Shown here piece by piece: positions 7,927 to 17,840 of a stretch of DNA of 64,000 bases (within the stretch, counting starts at the first letter, position 1; each line of letters begins with the position of its first letter). The stretch comes from Bacteroidales bacterium (GTDB lineage: Bacteria; Bacteroidota; Bacteroidia; Bacteroidales; CAIWKO01). The notes under the pieces were generated by a model that did no database searches, was not told the DNA's origin, and saw only the letters and a list, made by a program, of their open reading frames with translations. The DNA lies in NCBI GenBank assembly GCA_035354195.1, contig DAOQAT010000001.1, forward strand, positions 79,674 to 143,673. Direction: 5' to 3'. The position numbers and the translations under genes were made by a program.

Positions 7927-10485
7927 TCATTTCCTGTTAATCGGCAAACTATACCTTCTCACCTTATCATACTGGTAATAGGCATTGGTAACTGCTGCAG
8001 CCGTTGGTACCAGCCCGATTTCGCCAAGGCCTTTGGCGCCGTATGGCCCGAAACTGTCTTCCACTTCCACGCCGATAACCACTATTTCAGGGATGTCTTT
8101 AGCTTTTAACAAACGGCAGTCTTTCAATTTTGTGCTCTGCAGGTAGCCGTATTCCATGGGAAGGTCTTCGGTAAGCGCATAGCCCAGGCCCATCACCACC
8201 GCGCCTTCGATCTGGCCTTCAAACATGGCTTTGTTCATGATCTTTCCGGCATCATGTGCCGCTACAACCTTTTTAATTTTACCCTGTTCATCCAGCACGA
8301 CAAGTTGTGTGGCATATCCATAAGAAAAGTGGGTGACAATTTTTTCCACATCAGCGCCCGGCTTGGTGGTCCAGTTGCATTCGGAATATCCTGCGTATTT
8401 TCTGCCGGTAAGTTCAGCAAGAGGCCTTTCCAATAGGTCGGTGTTGAGTTTTCGTGCCGCATCAATCACAGCATTTCCGAGCAGGACCGTGGCACGTGAC
8501 GAGGTGGTCATCCCTGTTTCCAGGCCGGCTTCAGTATCCATTTCAACTTGTATGATCTTAGGATCCAGGCCTGTTTCAGCAGACAGGATTTGTATCACCA
8601 CATTGCTGATGCCTTGTCCCATGTCGGTCCAGCCGTGTTTTACCACCACCTCGCTTTTTGATTTAACTTCTATTTGGGCATGGCTAAAATCAAGCATGCC
8701 GTTGCCTATGCCGCAATTTTTTATTCCGCTGGCGAGGCCTGCATATGTTGCTTTGTAAAATTCGTCTTTGACAGCCAGTAGTGTCGCTCTTACTCCGACA
8801 CCTTGTTCAAGGATCTGGCCCGTAGCGGTCATCCTGCCTTCGGCAAGGGCATTGTCGTACCTGAACTGCCAGCGGTCGAACTTGCCTTTTTCGCAAAGGT
8901 CGTCGATGCAGTTTTCAAGGGCGAAGGCTACCTGGTTGGCTCCGAACCCGCGCATGGCGCCGCTGGGAATATTGTTTGTGTAAACGGTTTTTGACTCAAT
9001 GTCCACCACCGGAACGTGATAGGCGCCGCTGGCATGGCCCGCCACGCGTTCCATCACTTTTGTCCCGACAGAGGCATAAGCGCCGCTGTCGCCGACAGCC
9101 CTGAGTTTCAGCGCTGTTATCATTCCTTTGCTGTCGCAGGCCAGGGTGAAGTCCATAAATACCGGATGGCGCTTGGGATGCATGCGGATGGATTCTTCCC
9201 TGCTGAGGGTAACTTTAACAGGTGAACCCGTTAATTGTGCATACAAAGCAGCATGCCCCTGCACGGTCAGGTCTTCTTTACCGCCAAAGCCGCCGCCACA
9301 GGGAACCATGGTGATACGAAGTTTGTCAGGAGCAATATTTAACAGTTTCGCAATTTGTTTACGGTCCACGTAAATACCCTGTCCGCCATCATAAAGATGA
9401 ATACCGCCATTTTCTGGCAGTGCCACAGCCGATTCGGGCTCCAGAAAGGCATGTTCGATGCGCTGCGTTGTATAAAAACCTGTAGAGACAAAAGCTGAAT
9501 TTTTAATTGCAGTATCAATATCGCCTCCACGGCGTACAATGCAGTTATCCAGCAGGTTTGGGCGGCCGGAGTGCACAAGTTCAGAATCTGCCTTAATGGC
9601 TTCATACGGGTCGGTGACCGGATGCAATATTTCGTAATCTATATGAACCAGTTCAACAGCTTTGCGGGCAGTTTCCTCATCCTTAGCTATGACCCCGCAT
9701 AAAACATCGCCTATAAATCTTGTCGTTTCTCCTTCGGCGATCATCAGGGGCCAGTCGCTGATGATGGAACCCGTTATGCGTTCGCCGGGGATGTCTTTAA
9801 CCGTAATTATTTTAATGACACCTTCCAGTTTTTCTGCTGCTTCAGTTTGTATCTTTAAAATTTTGGCGCGCGGGTGATCGCTGAATTTCAAAGCTCCATG
9901 AAGCATGCCCGGGAATTTCAGGTCGTTCACAAACTTCCGGGTTCCGATGGCAGTGTCATACGCCTGATATTTGGGAAATGATGCTCCGATAGCAGCATTT
10001 TTTTCATGGTATTCTGTCGTTTTATTTTCAGACAGATTCTTTGCTGCCAGCTCAATAGCATCAATGATCTTTTTATATCCGGTGCAACGGCATAAATTAA
10101 CATTTAATGCGGATACTATTTCCTCACGAGATGGCTGAGGGTTTTTCTGAAATAAAACCTTGGTGCGCATGATAAATCCGGGTGTGCAAAATCCGCATTG
10201 AACGGCGCCTTTATCAACATAAGCCTTTGCGATCACCTCCCTGACATTATCGGGGATACCTTCCAGCGTGATTATTTCTGCATCTTTTACCCGTTCCATG
10301 GGAGTAATGCACGAAAGCTTTGCTTCACCGTTTACCTCTACCATGCAAGCGCCGCAATAGGCCTGGCCCGAGCAACCGTCCTTGCAGGAAGTGATGTCCT
10401 TCTCGTTTCGAAGAAACTTCAGCAACGGCTTTTTTAAATCGCCTTCGTAACTTATTTGCTCGCCGTTTAGTTTGAATGAAATCAT
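7927..10485 (-). CDS. xdh: xanthine dehydrogenase-family molybdenum hydroxylase, selenium-dependent type (fused 2Fe-2S and Mo-cofactor domains)
   Basis: KDGCSGQAYCGAC, QCGFCTPG and NLCRCTGY Fe-S motifs; GGGFGGK, AMRGFG, GAKGLGE Moco motifs; 852 aa. Confidence 0.85.
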   Translation of the reverse strand: MISFKLNGEQISYEGDLKKPLLKFLRNEKDITSCKDGCSGQAYCGACMVEVNGEAKLSCITPMERVKDAEIITLEGIPDNVREVIAKAYVDKGAVQCGFCTPGFIMRTKVLFQKNPQPSREEIVSALNVNLCRCTGYKKIIDAIELAAKNLSENKTTEYHEKNAAIGASFPKYQAYDTAIGTRKFVNDLKFPGMLHGALKFSDHPRAKILKIQTEAAEKLEGVIKIITVKDIPGERITGSIISDWPLMIAEGETTRFIGDVLCGVIAKDEETARKAVELVHIDYEILHPVTDPYEAIKADSELVHSGRPNLLDNCIVRRGGDIDTAIKNSAFVSTGFYTTQRIEHAFLEPESAVALPENGGIHLYDGGQGIYVDRKQIAKLLNIAPDKLRITMVPCGGGFGGKEDLTVQGHAALYAQLTGSPVKVTLSREESIRMHPKRHPVFMDFTLACDSKGMITALKLRAVGDSGAYASVGTKVMERVAGHASGAYHVPVVDIESKTVYTNNIPSGAMRGFGANQVAFALENCIDDLCEKGKFDRWQFRYDNALAEGRMTATGQILEQGVGVRATLLAVKDEFYKATYAGLASGIKNCGIGNGMLDFSHAQIEVKSKSEVVVKHGWTDMGQGISNVVIQILSAETGLDPKIIQVEMDTEAGLETGMTTSSRATVLLGNAVIDAARKLNTDLLERPLAELTGRKYAGYSECNWTTKPGADVEKIVTHFSYGYATQLVVLDEQGKIKKVVAAHDAGKIMNKAMFEGQIEGAVVMGLGYALTEDLPMEYGYLQSTKLKDCRLLKAKDIPEIVVIGVEVEDSFGPYGAKGLGEIGLVPTAAAVTNAYYQYDKVRRYSLPINRK

Positions 10486-10614
10486 GGAAAATATTGATAT
10501 GAATTTAACAAAACTTTCTGTTTTTTTTATTTATTATTTCGTATTTGCAACACTTATTTTTTCAGCCACGGTATCAGCCCCTTTTGGGCCTGGTTTATTA
10601 TTTTTGTCTTGAAG

Positions 10615-11277
10615 TTAATTGTTTATAAAGTAGTCAAATATCTGTTTGGTGTTTATGGTCGAATCCGTGATATTATATATGTCTTCTCTGATTAGCCCTA
10701 TGTTTTTTGTATAGTACCTTTTCGCAATCCGTATGTTATTTGGTGGTCCATCAGAGTAATACTCCTCAACAACTATGGTCGGGTAATATGAATCGACTGA
10801 AATTGTAATTGTCGTGTCTTTCGCAATAATTTTCCTGCTAATTTGTGTCCCAGACCAAGCGTAAATAACCCAATTACTGCCCACTGGTAATGAGTCAGAC
10901 AAGATTCTTGTCAGAGGATATGAACCAGAATTTGAAATTGGGCCTGTATGTGCTTCATATCTCCAAATGGGTATCTGATTGTATATTGGAACAAAAAAAG
11001 TGTCAGATACATACGCAAGTGAGCCTATAGTATAATAGTCTTTTTGATAAACAGAATCTGTCTTGATTTCGGTCGTGTCATTATTGGAGTCCACATACTT
11101 CCAATATGAACCAGGAAATGCAGGAAAATAATCTAACGGAAAAATTGTGTCATATGATGTCGCTTTTGGATTAGTGGGATTGTTGTCAGGTATGTTTTCA
11201 TTTTTCTTACAAGCACACATACAAGATAGTATCACGATCATTGTGAATATTAGGATATTTGTCTTCTGCTTGTTCAT
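10615..11277 (-). CDS. hypothetical lipoprotein
   Basis: Hydrophobic signal ending ACKK; AT-rich gene. Confidence 0.7.
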   Translation of the reverse strand: MNKQKTNILIFTMIVILSCMCACKKNENIPDNNPTNPKATSYDTIFPLDYFPAFPGSYWKYVDSNNDTTEIKTDSVYQKDYYTIGSLAYVSDTFFVPIYNQIPIWRYEAHTGPISNSGSYPLTRILSDSLPVGSNWVIYAWSGTQISRKIIAKDTTITISVDSYYPTIVVEEYYSDGPPNNIRIAKRYYTKNIGLIREDIYNITDSTINTKQIFDYFINN

Positions 11278-11373
11278 ATTTCCTGTTTTTAAATTATGCC
11301 AAACGTTTCGATTTAAAGAACTTTGATGTTTTATTGTTTCATAAAGTTACGCATTATATGCCATATTGAGGGT

Positions 11374-12549
11374 TTATAAAACGACTTTTTTAAAATTCTC
11401 AGGGTCGGTGTCTCCTTCAGAATTAATAACTAAAACTGAAGTTTTGGAGTTTACGCCAAGGTCCTCACGCAATCCCGAAAATTTGTCGTCTTCAAAAAGG
11501 GCCAGTAGGCCAGCCATTCCAGAGGCGCCTGATTCTCCCGAAATTATCCGCGTGTCGTTGCCTAGTGGATGATAATATTGCTTCATGGCTTTTTCGGCAT
11601 AAGCATCGCTGACCGTCATCATATAATTTGCGCCCTCCGAAATATAATCCCAAGCCAGTAACGAAACACCGCAGTTTAGCCCGGCCATTATGGAATTGTA
11701 ATCACGTTTTGAATGCGTAGGTTGGCCGTTTTTTACAGACTCCATGAAAGCGTCAGCGCGTGTGGGTTCAAGGCAAATGATCTTAGGACGGTTTGTTCCA
11801 TATTTTTTTGTGTAGTACCATGTTCCTGCGGCAGCAAGACCGCCAACACCTGCCTGCAAAAAAACGATGTCGGCCCTGCAGTGTTGAGGCATATTTACGA
11901 TGTTGTCCATTTCACGGAAGATGGTTGAATATCCGGCCATGATAAACTGCGGATAATACATATAGCCCGGATAGGCCGTGTCGGAGATGATGATCCAATC
12001 GTTAGCCTTTGCATCTGCATCAACACGGCTTACACATTCATCAAAGGTTCCGTCAATCAGTACCACTTCTGCGCCTTCGCTTTCTATGTTTTTGATCCGT
12101 GAAGCAACGGTATTGGCGGGCATATAGATCACGGCTTTCTGTTTCAGGATCCGGGCCGTCCAGGCCACAGCGCGGCCATGGTTACCGTCGGTGGCGGCAC
12201 AAAAAGTGAAGGTGCCCAGCGCCTGCATTTTCTCGGGATCTTGAAAATCAGAAACTGAAAATTCAGTATTGAAGTTGGATTCCCATTTTGATTTCAGAAA
12301 ACGGTAGATCGTGTATGACGCCCCGAGTGGTTTAAAAGCTTTTACGCCAAAACGAAACGATTCGTCTTTTACAAAAACGGACTGAATTCCCAGATGGTGG
12401 GCTAAGGTATTCAACGTATGCACAGGGGTGGGCTGGTAGCCATCCAGCGAACGGTGAAATTTTAAAATATCATCGTTCATAAAAGCGTTCTTCTGGTTGA
12501 TCCAGCCAGGAACTTCCTGAAAATGCGGGTTTTTTAAAAATTCACACAT
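11374..12549 (-). CDS. dpaL: diaminopropionate ammonia-lyase (YgeX/DpaL)
   Basis: VKDES.RFGVKAFK.LG PLP-lysine motif, ATDGNHGRAVAW, QAGVGG, SIMAGLNC, SGESGA, SEGDTDP. Confidence 0.9.
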   Translation of the reverse strand: MCEFLKNPHFQEVPGWINQKNAFMNDDILKFHRSLDGYQPTPVHTLNTLAHHLGIQSVFVKDESFRFGVKAFKPLGASYTIYRFLKSKWESNFNTEFSVSDFQDPEKMQALGTFTFCAATDGNHGRAVAWTARILKQKAVIYMPANTVASRIKNIESEGAEVVLIDGTFDECVSRVDADAKANDWIIISDTAYPGYMYYPQFIMAGYSTIFREMDNIVNMPQHCRADIVFLQAGVGGLAAAGTWYYTKKYGTNRPKIICLEPTRADAFMESVKNGQPTHSKRDYNSIMAGLNCGVSLLAWDYISEGANYMMTVSDAYAEKAMKQYYHPLGNDTRIISGESGASGMAGLLALFEDDKFSGLREDLGVNSKTSVLVINSEGDTDPENFKKVVL

Positions 12550-12553
12550 CAGT

Positions 12554-14014
12554 TTACAGGTTTTTCAATACGCCGCTGCGTTCGTTGAATTCGTTGATCA
12601 GTTCATCCCAGCCGTAGACCTGTGAGAACGTATCCTGCCAGAAATTCTTTTCATACCAGAGTTGATTGATCTCTTCAACGGTTTTGCCTTGTTGTTCCAC
12701 CCAGGTGAAATACTTCAGGTTATGCACGGCTTTTTTATCGTAGTAGTTGTATTCTTTCATATTATCGGTGGCAGTTCCCAGCAGGCATTTTTCAAAATCT
12801 TTTGTGGCCTGCACTGTAGAGTATGCTCCCTTTTGTTCGGCAAGTTCTGTCACGCGGGATTGGTACATTTCTGCGGAATCTGTGGCCAACGACACCACAA
12901 CATCGTCGGAGGTCATTTCATAATATTTGGCGGCTTTTATGGCAGACAATAAGTTCCCAATGCCTGAAATGCCGATCATTTGCAGTTGGTTGATAAATTC
13001 GGCCGGCACACCCGAATCTTTCAAATATTTCTTTCCCTCTGCTTCGTTGAACAGGCGGAGTATCCTCATGCAATCTTCATCATCGATGGCGGTGACCATG
13101 TCTGTATTTTTTACATTGTGAACCCAGGGCACATGTTTGTCGCCGATGCCTTCGATGCGGTGTGCTCCAAATCCGTTCCGGAGCAGGGTAGGGCATTGCA
13201 GGGCTTCTGAGGCAACTACTTTCATATGCGGATATTGGGTGCGCAGGTAGTCGCCGGCAGCAATAGTTCCGGCAGATCCTGTGGCGCTCACATAAGCTGC
13301 AAGATTATGTCCGGTGCTTTTTACAACTTCTTCGACCGCTTTCCCGGTTACGTGGTAGTGCCAGCAGGGATTTCCAAATTCTTCAAACTGGTTGAACACC
13401 ACACAGTCTTTTCTGTTTCTCTTTATATCCCAGCAGGCATCATAAATTTCTTTTACATTCGATTCGCAGCCTTTGGTGGCAATAATTTCAGCGCCTATCT
13501 CTTTCAGCCAGTCAAAGCGTTCCTTGCTCATTTCTTCCGGAAGAATGGCTACTGCAGTCACACCAAGGAGGTAAGAATCAAAGGCTCCTCCGCGGCAATA
13601 ATTGCCGGTTGAAGGCCATACTGCTTTATGATAACTTGGGTCGAACTGCCCGGTGACAATACGCGGGACAAGACAACCGTAAGCAGCGCCAACTTTGTGA
13701 GCGCCGGTTGGGAACCATTTGCCCAGTAATAATACGATATGTGCATCAACACCTGTGATTTCTCTGGGAATTTCCAGGTAGTTCACGTTACCGAACAATC
13801 CGCCGGAAGTTTTGGGTTCGTTTTTCCATGAGATACGGAAAAGGTTCAGGGGATGAAGGTCCCACAATCCAATGTTTTTAAGCTTATCTTTGATTTTTTC
13901 CGGGATCATCTCCGGATTTTGCATTTGTTCAAAGGTAGGGAGGATGATACCTTTTTCTTTGGCCCTTTTTAAAGCGCTTTCAAGGTATTTTTCGTTAACA
14001 ATTCTGGCTTTCAT
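12554..14014 (-). CDS. PLP-dependent fold-type II enzyme (cysteine synthase/threonine dehydratase-like) of purine-catabolism clusters
   Basis: FPTGAHKVGAA, WPSTGNYCRGG, TGSAGT, HRIEGIGDK; probable start ATG 14014 (MKARIV), ORF open to 14056; -7 box on minus strand at 14061-14068. Confidence 0.8.
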   Translation of the reverse strand: MKARIVNEKYLESALKRAKEKGIILPTFEQMQNPEMIPEKIKDKLKNIGLWDLHPLNLFRISWKNEPKTSGGLFGNVNYLEIPREITGVDAHIVLLLGKWFPTGAHKVGAAYGCLVPRIVTGQFDPSYHKAVWPSTGNYCRGGAFDSYLLGVTAVAILPEEMSKERFDWLKEIGAEIIATKGCESNVKEIYDACWDIKRNRKDCVVFNQFEEFGNPCWHYHVTGKAVEEVVKSTGHNLAAYVSATGSAGTIAAGDYLRTQYPHMKVVASEALQCPTLLRNGFGAHRIEGIGDKHVPWVHNVKNTDMVTAIDDEDCMRILRLFNEAEGKKYLKDSGVPAEFINQLQMIGISGIGNLLSAIKAAKYYEMTSDDVVVSLATDSAEMYQSRVTELAEQKGAYSTVQATKDFEKCLLGTATDNMKEYNYYDKKAVHNLKYFTWVEQQGKTVEEINQLWYEKNFWQDTFSQVYGWDELINEFNERSGVLKNL

Positions 14015-14153
14015 AAATATAAGTTTTGTTTCAGTTTTTATTATTTGCTTAATCAAAGTTCAAAATTATGAAAATATGCTAAAATAACCCGGGAAAAATC
14101 TTAATGCATATAATAAAATTATTATATTTGTTTTAAAATTAAAAAAAACAACT

Positions 14154-14345
14154 ATGAAAAAAGTATTTATCATTTTTGCATGCGCATGCATGTTTGCGGC
14201 TTGTGGTGGTGGCAGTAAAACGGAAGCTACCAACGACACTATCGTAACACCGGAATTGAAGGAACTTTCAAGCACTGTTGATACTGTTAGTGATAAAGCA
14301 GTAGAATTAAATCAAAAAGCAGATAGTTTGTTGAACAATATTTAA
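14154..14345 (+). CDS. small lipoprotein
   Basis: MKK, hydrophobic stretch, FAAC lipobox; TATATTTG box at 14123-14130. Confidence 0.75.
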   Translation: MKKVFIIFACACMFAACGGGSKTEATNDTIVTPELKELSSTVDTVSDKAVELNQKADSLLNNI

Positions 14346-14356
14346 ATCTTAAGACC

Positions 14357-14959
14357 ATGAAAAAATTCTTAATTGCATTGCTTGTTACCGGATTGGTTTC
14401 CGGAACACAACTTTATGCCCAGCAAGGAAAAGACAAAACCCCACCCAAGCCCAAGCCTGTACCCGGGCAGACACATAAACCACCCACACCTCCCAAGCCC
14501 AATTTGCAAACCCCTCCCAAACCCGATCCGTCAAAAGCTCCTAAACCTGTTCCACCACCTACACCTCAGAACGATCAGGGAAAAGGACAGGTAAAAGACA
14601 AAGAAAACCAGGGCAAAGGTAATGCCTACGGGAAAAACAAAGAAGGCCTCGAGGGCAAGGATTTCGGCCAGCACAGGGCTGCAGAAGCAAAATCCAAACA
14701 CGAAGCCATAACCATCTCCCAGTCCAAGATTGATCAAACCACAAAGACCAACGAAGATACTCACGCAAAAATCAAAGAAGCAAAAGCTAAATTAGAACAG
14801 AAGAAAAAAGAAAAGAAAATCAGTGATGCTGATTACAACAAAAAGAAGAAAGAGCTTGACGATCTGGAACTTCAGGTAAATGACCTGGAAAAAAAGAATA
14901 ACGAAACAAAAGACAAGGTAACCAAGCAAGCTGAAGTTAAAGAAGTGAAGAAAAATTAA
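14357..14959 (+). CDS. secreted Pro-rich / Lys-rich coiled-coil protein
   Basis: Signal peptide, PPKP repeats, GKGNAYGK, charged helical tail. Confidence 0.75.
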   Translation: MKKFLIALLVTGLVSGTQLYAQQGKDKTPPKPKPVPGQTHKPPTPPKPNLQTPPKPDPSKAPKPVPPPTPQNDQGKGQVKDKENQGKGNAYGKNKEGLEGKDFGQHRAAEAKSKHEAITISQSKIDQTTKTNEDTHAKIKEAKAKLEQKKKEKKISDADYNKKKKELDDLELQVNDLEKKNNETKDKVTKQAEVKEVKKN

Positions 14960-14979
14960 TACCTGATAAAAAATACTGT

Positions 14980-15009
14980 AAAGGCTTTCCGCTAAGGAAG
15001 GCCTTTTTT
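14980..15009. terminator. bidirectional intrinsic terminator
   Basis: AAAGGCTTTCC-GCTAA-GGAAGGCCTTTTTT between convergent genes. Confidence 0.75.
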
Positions 15010-15865
15010 ATTTTATGCCGGCAATCAGGATGATAGCAATAATAGCAAGGATGATTCCGATGATGTTTGTTTTAGTGAGTTTCTCGCGGAAGAAAAAATA
15101 ACCTGTCAATGCTGCTATACACACAATGCTGGCATTAAAAACAGGGACAAAAACACTGACATCGAAACAGCTGAGCCCGACAAGGAAAAAATATGTTGAA
15201 AACCAGTTGAAAATACCCAGCAAGATTCCTGCAACTAGGTTTTTATAGTGAAGTTTTTCCTTTTTGCTGATCAATAACACCAGCATGGTCACCATACCAA
15301 TGGCCATAGAAACAAAAAATGCTGTAATGAGAAATGTGGTATAATCATCACAGATATAAAGTTCCTGGGCTATTTTAAAGAAGCAATCATTGAGGCCATT
15401 GCCAATAAACAGTAATACGGGTAATATTAAATATTTAATTGCTGTTTTTTGTTTCGAAGAACGCTGAAGGGTAAATACAAAAGCTGTCAGTGCCAGGATA
15501 ATTCCTGTTATGCGTATCCAGGTGATCTTTTCCTGAAACATAATAAATCCCAGCAACACCGGAATGATCACGGACATTTTTCCCAATACGCTGGTGATGG
15601 CAATACCCGCTTTTTGTACTGAAATGGCATAAATTATAAAGGTCAGCATCAGCATGATCCCCGAAACGGCCGCCAGGCTTAACCAGGGCTTGTCAATAAC
15701 TATATGGTATGAGATGTTTTCCTGTGTGGAAAAATATCCTAAAAGCACCGCGCTGAGATAGTTGACCGTAATCGCCTGTATATTGCTGATGTTATACTTT
15801 TCGAAGAATTTGAACAGGACAAAAATGATGCTGGAGCAGGTAATGGAGAGAAGTAAGTAAAACAT
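15008..15865 (-). CDS. EamA/DMT family transporter
   Basis: 285 aa, ~10 TM segments, two repeats ending FQEKI and FREKL. Confidence 0.85.
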   Translation of the reverse strand: MFYLLLSITCSSIIFVLFKFFEKYNISNIQAITVNYLSAVLLGYFSTQENISYHIVIDKPWLSLAAVSGIMLMLTFIIYAISVQKAGIAITSVLGKMSVIIPVLLGFIMFQEKITWIRITGIILALTAFVFTLQRSSKQKTAIKYLILPVLLFIGNGLNDCFFKIAQELYICDDYTTFLITAFFVSMAIGMVTMLVLLISKKEKLHYKNLVAGILLGIFNWFSTYFFLVGLSCFDVSVFVPVFNASIVCIAALTGYFFFREKLTKTNIIGIILAIIAIILIAGIK

Positions 15866-15965
15866 AGGATTTGGTTGCTGAGGGCAAAAGTAGCATAATT
15901 TGAATAAAACTACTTTTTATGTCCTATAAAATTAGCGCTTATTTATGAGTAAAAGCAAAATTTTG

Positions 15966-15973
15966 TATCTTTG
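15966..15973 (+). promoter_or_regulatory. -7 box of the tRNA-Leu / tig operon promoter
   Basis: TATCTTTG just upstream of the tRNA 5' end. Confidence 0.75.
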
Positions 15974-15984
15974 CACTTCGTTTT

Positions 15985-16066
15985 GCGGATGTGGCGTAAT
16001 TGGTAGCCGCGCCAGACTTAGGATCTGGTGTCGAGAGACGTGGGGGTTCGAGTCCCTTCATCCGCA
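15985..16066 (+). tRNA. tRNA-Leu (TAG)
   Basis: GCGGATG/CATCCGC acceptor stem, CCAGA-CTTAGGA-TCTGG anticodon arm, long variable arm, GGTTCGAGTCC T arm; CCA not encoded. Confidence 0.97.
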
Positions 16067-16299
16067 CGAAGTAAGGATGAATTGGATTAATTTCAAGTTT
16101 TGATAGCGATTGGGACGAGAAGTTTATCCGCCGTGGCGGAAGTCCCTTCATCCGCACGAAGTAAGGATGAATTGGATAATTTCAAGTTTTGATAGCGATT
16201 GGGACGAGAAGTTTATCCGCTCCGCCAGTTGGCGGAGGCGGAAGTCCCTTCATCCCTGCCTGCAGCAGGCAGGCGCACGAAGTAAGGATGAATTGGATT
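16051..16299 (+). repeat. tRNA-linked tandem repeat, ~90-bp unit (two full copies plus one partial)
   Basis: Units start 16051, 16141 and 16243, each with the tRNA 3' end AGTCCCTTCATCCGCA (interrupted in the third). Confidence 0.92.
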
Positions 16300-16455
16300 T
16301 ATTTCTGGTTCATTGCTGAAAGAAGAGACTGGAAAATTTCCCGCTCTGGCGGGTTGAGTAATGGTAAAAGTTCCATCATCCTTACGATTGATGATTAGTA
16401 ACTGCACGAACAAAAAACAAAAGATATACTTAACACATTTTAACCGTAATTTCAA

Positions 16456-17838
16456 ATGAACATAGAACAGGAAAAAACAGGGGATTTAACAGCGACCATT
16501 AAAATTGAACTCGAACCTGCAGATTATCAGGAAAAAGTTGACAAACAATTAAAGGATTACCAGCGTAAAGCTAACATGCCGGGATTCAGGCCGGGGAAAG
16601 TCCCTTTTGGACTCGTGAAAAAAATGTATGGGAAATCGCTTTTATACGACGTGGTGAATAAAACATACAGCGAAGCGCTGTATCAATACATCGCCGAAAA
16701 TAAAATTCAGGTGCTGGGCGCCCCGCTGGCTAACGAAGAAAAAAACCAGCCTATCGACCTCGATAATGAAACAAATTTGTCTTTCTGGTTTGATATCGCA
16801 TTAGCTCCCGAATTTACCCTCGACATTTCCGATAAAGTGAAGGTGGAACATTACAGGATCAGCGTTACCGAAGAAACTGTCGACAAATACTTAAATGAAA
16901 TGCGTAAACGCCACGGTACTTTTGAAACTGTGGATACCGTTGAAGACAACGACATGGTCTCGGGCGAATTTGCTGAACTGGATGAGGCCGGAAACCTGAA
17001 AGAAGGGGGCATAAAAAACGATTCGTTCATTTATATGGAACATATCGCAGACGAGGATAACAAAAAGAAATTCCTGGGGCTGAAAGCTGGCGATTTTGTG
17101 GATGTTGACCCTAAAAAAATCGCACGCAACGAATTCGAATCTGCCTATTTTATCGGAAAGAAAAAGGAAGAACTGGAAAGCATCAATTCGATGTTCCGTT
17201 TCACCATAAAACAGATCAGCCGTAACAAAACTGCCGAACTGAATGAAGAATTCTATAAAAAAGTTTACCCGAATGACCCTATAGAAAATATCGACCAGAT
17301 GCGCGAACGCATCCGTAGAGATGCCTCTGAAGGCTACGCAAAAGAGTGTGAACGCAAATTTGTAAATGATGCTTCGGATGTTTTAAGAGCCAACACTCAA
17401 TTTGAATTGCCCGACGCGTTCCTGAAAAGATATATGCTGGAAACGACAGACGATAAAAGCCTGACTAAGGAAAAGATTGAGGAAGATTTTGAACAACACC
17501 GAAACCTGATCAAATGGCAGCTCATCGAAAATAAAATTATCAAGGAACATAATTTGAATGTAACCGAAGAAGAGATCAAGGAGTTTATTAAAAGTTATTT
17601 CCGTCAGGCGCACAAGCACGAACATGAAGAAGGGCACGAACACGATCATGAAGCCGACGAAAAACAGCTCGACCAGATCGCTGAAAATATTTTAAGGAAT
17701 GAAGAAGAAGCCAAACGCATCAGCGACAAGATTTTTGATGATAAGCTGCTTGACTTTCTGAAAAATAATCTCAGCGTAAATTACGTTGATGTAACTTATG
17801 ATGAATTTGTAAAATTAATATCCACAAAAAAACAATAA
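16456..17838 (+). CDS. tig: trigger factor
   Basis: MPGFRPGKVP ribosome-binding motif; upstream of clpP-clpX. Confidence 0.95.
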   Translation: MNIEQEKTGDLTATIKIELEPADYQEKVDKQLKDYQRKANMPGFRPGKVPFGLVKKMYGKSLLYDVVNKTYSEALYQYIAENKIQVLGAPLANEEKNQPIDLDNETNLSFWFDIALAPEFTLDISDKVKVEHYRISVTEETVDKYLNEMRKRHGTFETVDTVEDNDMVSGEFAELDEAGNLKEGGIKNDSFIYMEHIADEDNKKKFLGLKAGDFVDVDPKKIARNEFESAYFIGKKKEELESINSMFRFTIKQISRNKTAELNEEFYKKVYPNDPIENIDQMRERIRRDASEGYAKECERKFVNDASDVLRANTQFELPDAFLKRYMLETTDDKSLTKEKIEEDFEQHRNLIKWQLIENKIIKEHNLNVTEEEIKEFIKSYFRQAHKHEHEEGHEHDHEADEKQLDQIAENILRNEEEAKRISDKIFDDKLLDFLKNNLSVNYVDVTYDEFVKLISTKKQ

Positions 17839-17840
17839 TC

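Noticed and set aside
7927..10485. Selenocysteine recoding in xdh
   Set aside because: ORF has no in-frame TGA; this enzyme type uses a labile selenium cofactor
16051..16299. CRISPR array
   Set aside because: Units are near-identical along their whole length with no unique spacers, begin with a tRNA 3' end, and no cas genes are present
15939..16455. Short ORFs over tRNA-Leu and its repeats
   Set aside because: Translations of tRNA and repeat sequence
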